From Tubiluchus corallicola (Eukaryota; Animalia; Priapulida): a DNA stretch of 64,000 nucleotides. The notes beneath the pieces are model-generated. The model was not told where the DNA came from, ran no database searches, and saw only the letters and a program-made list of their open reading frames with translations. Position numbers and translations under genes: made by a program. The number at the start of each line of letters is the position of its first letter. Within the stretch, counting starts at the first letter, position 1. The stretch is from assembly GCA_030141605.1 (NCBI GenBank), contig JAQGDQ010002366.1:132660-196659 (forward strand), in the 5' to 3' direction. Positions 1 to 64,000 of the stretch are shown in pieces.

Positions 1-179
1 CTGGTTAGCAGGCATTCTCCCTGACTTATTGAAAACAATTATTTTGGTTTTATCAGTGTTAACTTTAGTTCCACTTGTTACAGTATGTAGACAGATTGTG
101 TATGGAAATTTTGCAAAACTTCTGATTTGGATAGGAGCACAATGTCGTCAGTATAAGTGAAAAATAAAATCTGTCATAT

Positions 180-900
180 TGTGAAACAACATATTGTGTA
201 CCCTCCATATTCAGCTTCGTATTGTGTTAAAATCTGGCAAAATTTTGGCTCTTTCTCCCATTTAAAGACATAATATCCACACTCTGTATTATTTACAGTT
301 TTCAGTGCAGCAGCTGCAATGCTGCTTACCATGGCAAAACATCCAAACACTTTAAAGTAAGAATTTGTGAACATTGGGGTATTTCGTCTAGAACTCGCAA
401 AAAATTGAAAAATTCTCTTCAATGGAGCATTGTGACCAGAGCTACAAATAACTGGGACTTATTAATAAAAGAAAGTTTATCTATGTACCCTAATAAGCCT
501 TCTCTGAATGTGCAAAGCAGTTCAATTCCTTTAACTTTATTTTCAAACACTTAGTTATTTGTTGCTGTATCAGTTTCTTTTCTTTGGGTCTGTTTACCTA
601 TTTGGCTTTTGTAAACACATAATTAGTGCTTAAGTTGCTGTATCAATTTCTCTACTGGTCTGTTTATTCATTACATGTTTGGCTTGTCTTAACTACTTAA
701 TTAGTGCATAATAAACACTGCTTATATAAACTGGTTGTATGTTTGTAAATTCTCCACTGATGATGACAGCAGCAGGTAGTTGAAATGCTTGGCATGATTT
801 TAACTTTTAACTTTTTAATGTAAATGTTTTTAATAAAGTTGTGTTTAACTATAAGTAATTTACATAGTTTATTGGTTTATTTAGAGCTTTACTACAGTCC
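180..900 (+). mobile_element. Penelope-like element remnant (GIY-YIG endonuclease plus 3' tail)
   Basis: + strand reads IIYSFQCSSCNAAYHGKTSKHFKVRICEHWGISSRTRKKLK; the tail has CTGATGA..GAAA at 757-785 followed by AATAAA. Related to the copy at 43996-44290. Boundaries approximate. Confidence 0.75.
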
Positions 901-1049
901 TTATCAAACCAGGCTTTGTTTTTGTTACATTGTTTGATTTTTTTTGGTTTGTAGCTGGCCCTATTTTGTGGTTTCCGGTTTACAGCTGCGTAGCTGTATT
1001 AATTAGCGGCTGAATTAACGCCATTAACGAGATTTTGTCTGTGAAAGTT

Positions 1050-1750
1050 CTTTATTTTTTGTAATACATCTAGTCTAATGCATCTAGATAACATTTCTGT
1101 ATCAAAGGTATGCATTTTGCGTTCCATTTCAACTTATTTGGTTAACAGACGCAAATTAGGTCTGCTAGTTATTACATATTACTAGAATTACATAGTTGAA
1201 AATTTCGCATGACCAGAATAAGGCATTTTTTCATCAACTTTAAAGTAAAGTACATTACGTAATAAATCTTTGTGTACTATACAGTAATCAATTAACGACG
1301 CTCTATTTGGTCTGGAACAATTTTGTTTGCCTGATACATCGCCGAGACATATACCGTTTAGAATACGCAATTGTTGGGCTTTACAAATATCAATGAGTTT
1401 TCTCATAATTACATACTGGGTGTTTGTCTTGAGTGTTACGAAAGGATAACAAGATATCATGATCATAGTTGGAGTCATGGGCACAAATCTATCATAGCTT
1501 TATTGTATGAAATCTGGTACATTATAAGTTCTTGCATTCATGTCTCCAATTAAAAATATTTTTCTGAGTAGCACAAACATAGACTTCACTCAACAGATTA
1601 AAAAGTTTTTGTTTAGTTTTAACCAAGCTAATTGAGAGCATGTGACTGGCAAGAACTTAACTCCCACACGAATATTATTCTTAATCAGTAGAGCAATACC
1701 TCCCCACTTATACCTGAACCATTTGGCGTAGCCTTGAGACTTTTGTATGG
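1050..1750 (-). mobile_element. LINE remnant (APE endonuclease fragment)
   Basis: ORF 1188-1484: LIDICKAQQLRILNG...ASLIDYCIV, typical C-terminal APE motifs. Boundaries approximate. Confidence 0.65.
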
Positions 1751-2702
1751 GGTACCTTCATGCAAGATGATGGTCAAGGTCAAAGGTTATCTCAAGGGCA
1801 TGTCCAAATCAAAGGTAAACAGATAGACACTTCAACAGCTACCTAGCAATGGTGGGCATAGTGGGAACGTCTGAGTCTGCTGAATGCAAGGAATTGGAGT
1901 GGCCTGTCAACTTTTGACAATTCAACATTGACAAATATATTTTAGTTTCCTCTTCTAAGGAACCCAGGTCCAGGATTGTAATAGTTGCAACTATACTGTT
2001 TAAAGGCAAATTTTGTGCAATTTTGTGTTAAAGGCACTCCAACAAAATGTCAAGTGTACATGTCAGGTGATAGGTCAGACCTTTTGGACAATGACATTCG
2101 ATGGTATGGGATAAAGGTAAAAATTGCAAAATGTTGCCTAAAACACTAGTTGTACGCATACGCAACTTGCTGTACAAAATTAGGAAAAAGTTTGACATGA
2201 AAACCATTTCACTTTTTTGTTTGAGTAGGAGACAGTACTGGGAAACTAGTGCACTTTGCTTACCATTATTGCTTATGAGATTTTGTGAACCAAATTTGGC
2301 TGTAAAGAATATTCTTGTATCAAATGTTAAGATCCTCAAGGTCAGGTGAGATTCAGAGGTTTTGGTTTTATTATGAGTTCGGTATATTTTTACTTGACCA
2401 GATTATTCATTTAGTCCACTGTTCGATACAATGTGCAAGCTATAAAATTCCTTGGCATTTCATATAACGCCTGTGCATTTTGCGAAAAGCATGAAATAAA
2501 TCTTTTTGCTGCCGTGCTTTTGCACTTTAGCCAGATATTTTGTATAATAGTTAGGGTCTGTGTAAAATGCGTAAAATGACATCGACAAAGTTGATAAATT
2601 ACAAGAAAAAGCAATGACCATAAGGCATCATTTTGCAACTAGTATTGTAATACTGTCTATATGTAAATTTAACTTAGCAATTCAGAATTTGTTTTTTATT
2701 AG

Positions 2703-63627
<60,925 letters not shown>

Positions 63628-64000
63628 GTGAGTTTAATGTTCATTAAAAGTACTTTTCAATACTAAAAGTTCCACAAACCAGCAGTAGAGACATAGGCTT
63701 TGAACAATATCAGCTACAGTATGAAACTTTTCTTCATTTCTTAAAACATATAATTTTGGAATCTCATGTTTCCTTTCCAAGCAATCATTTTATAACAGCG
63801 AGTCTAATTTGAAATACGTATTAAGTTTAACTGTTTTGATTAGGCACTTTGACTATAGATGATTTCGTAGAAGCTAAAACATTTTAGGAGCCAAAAGTAT
63901 TATAATTTGAATCCACTGTGTACATTAACTTTGTGGTTTCAAAATGTCATGTAGTGTTCACTTTATTCTCTTGTTTAAATCAGCTGTCTGGCTTTAGCAG

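Overview
AT-rich metazoan (probably invertebrate) genomic DNA. It contains 23 consecutive internal coding exons of a phosphatidylinositol 4-kinase III alpha gene (PI4KA) on the + strand, from 2703 to 63627. I spliced them by hand: all junctions are GT-AG, intron phases match, and the 3007 nt give one open frame of about 1000 aa. This matches my recollection of the central solenoid/dimerisation part of PI4KA. The start codon and the kinase domain lie outside the window. The introns are full of decayed transposons: a Gypsy-type LTR element (1.1-kb LTRs, tRNA-Leu-type PBS, only RT-RNaseH left) inserted into an RTE-X-like LINE; a CR1-type LINE whose ORF1 region appears to carry a KH domain; an RTE element and a CR1/Crack-type RT nested inside a pogo-like MITE; several Penelope-like remnants, two of them with inverted architecture and degenerate hammerhead-like motifs; hAT and Tc1/pogo-type MITEs with visible TIRs/TSDs; and simple repeats. 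There is no prokaryotic system, CRISPR array, tRNA or rRNA. No database searches were run, so family calls rest on recognised motifs.
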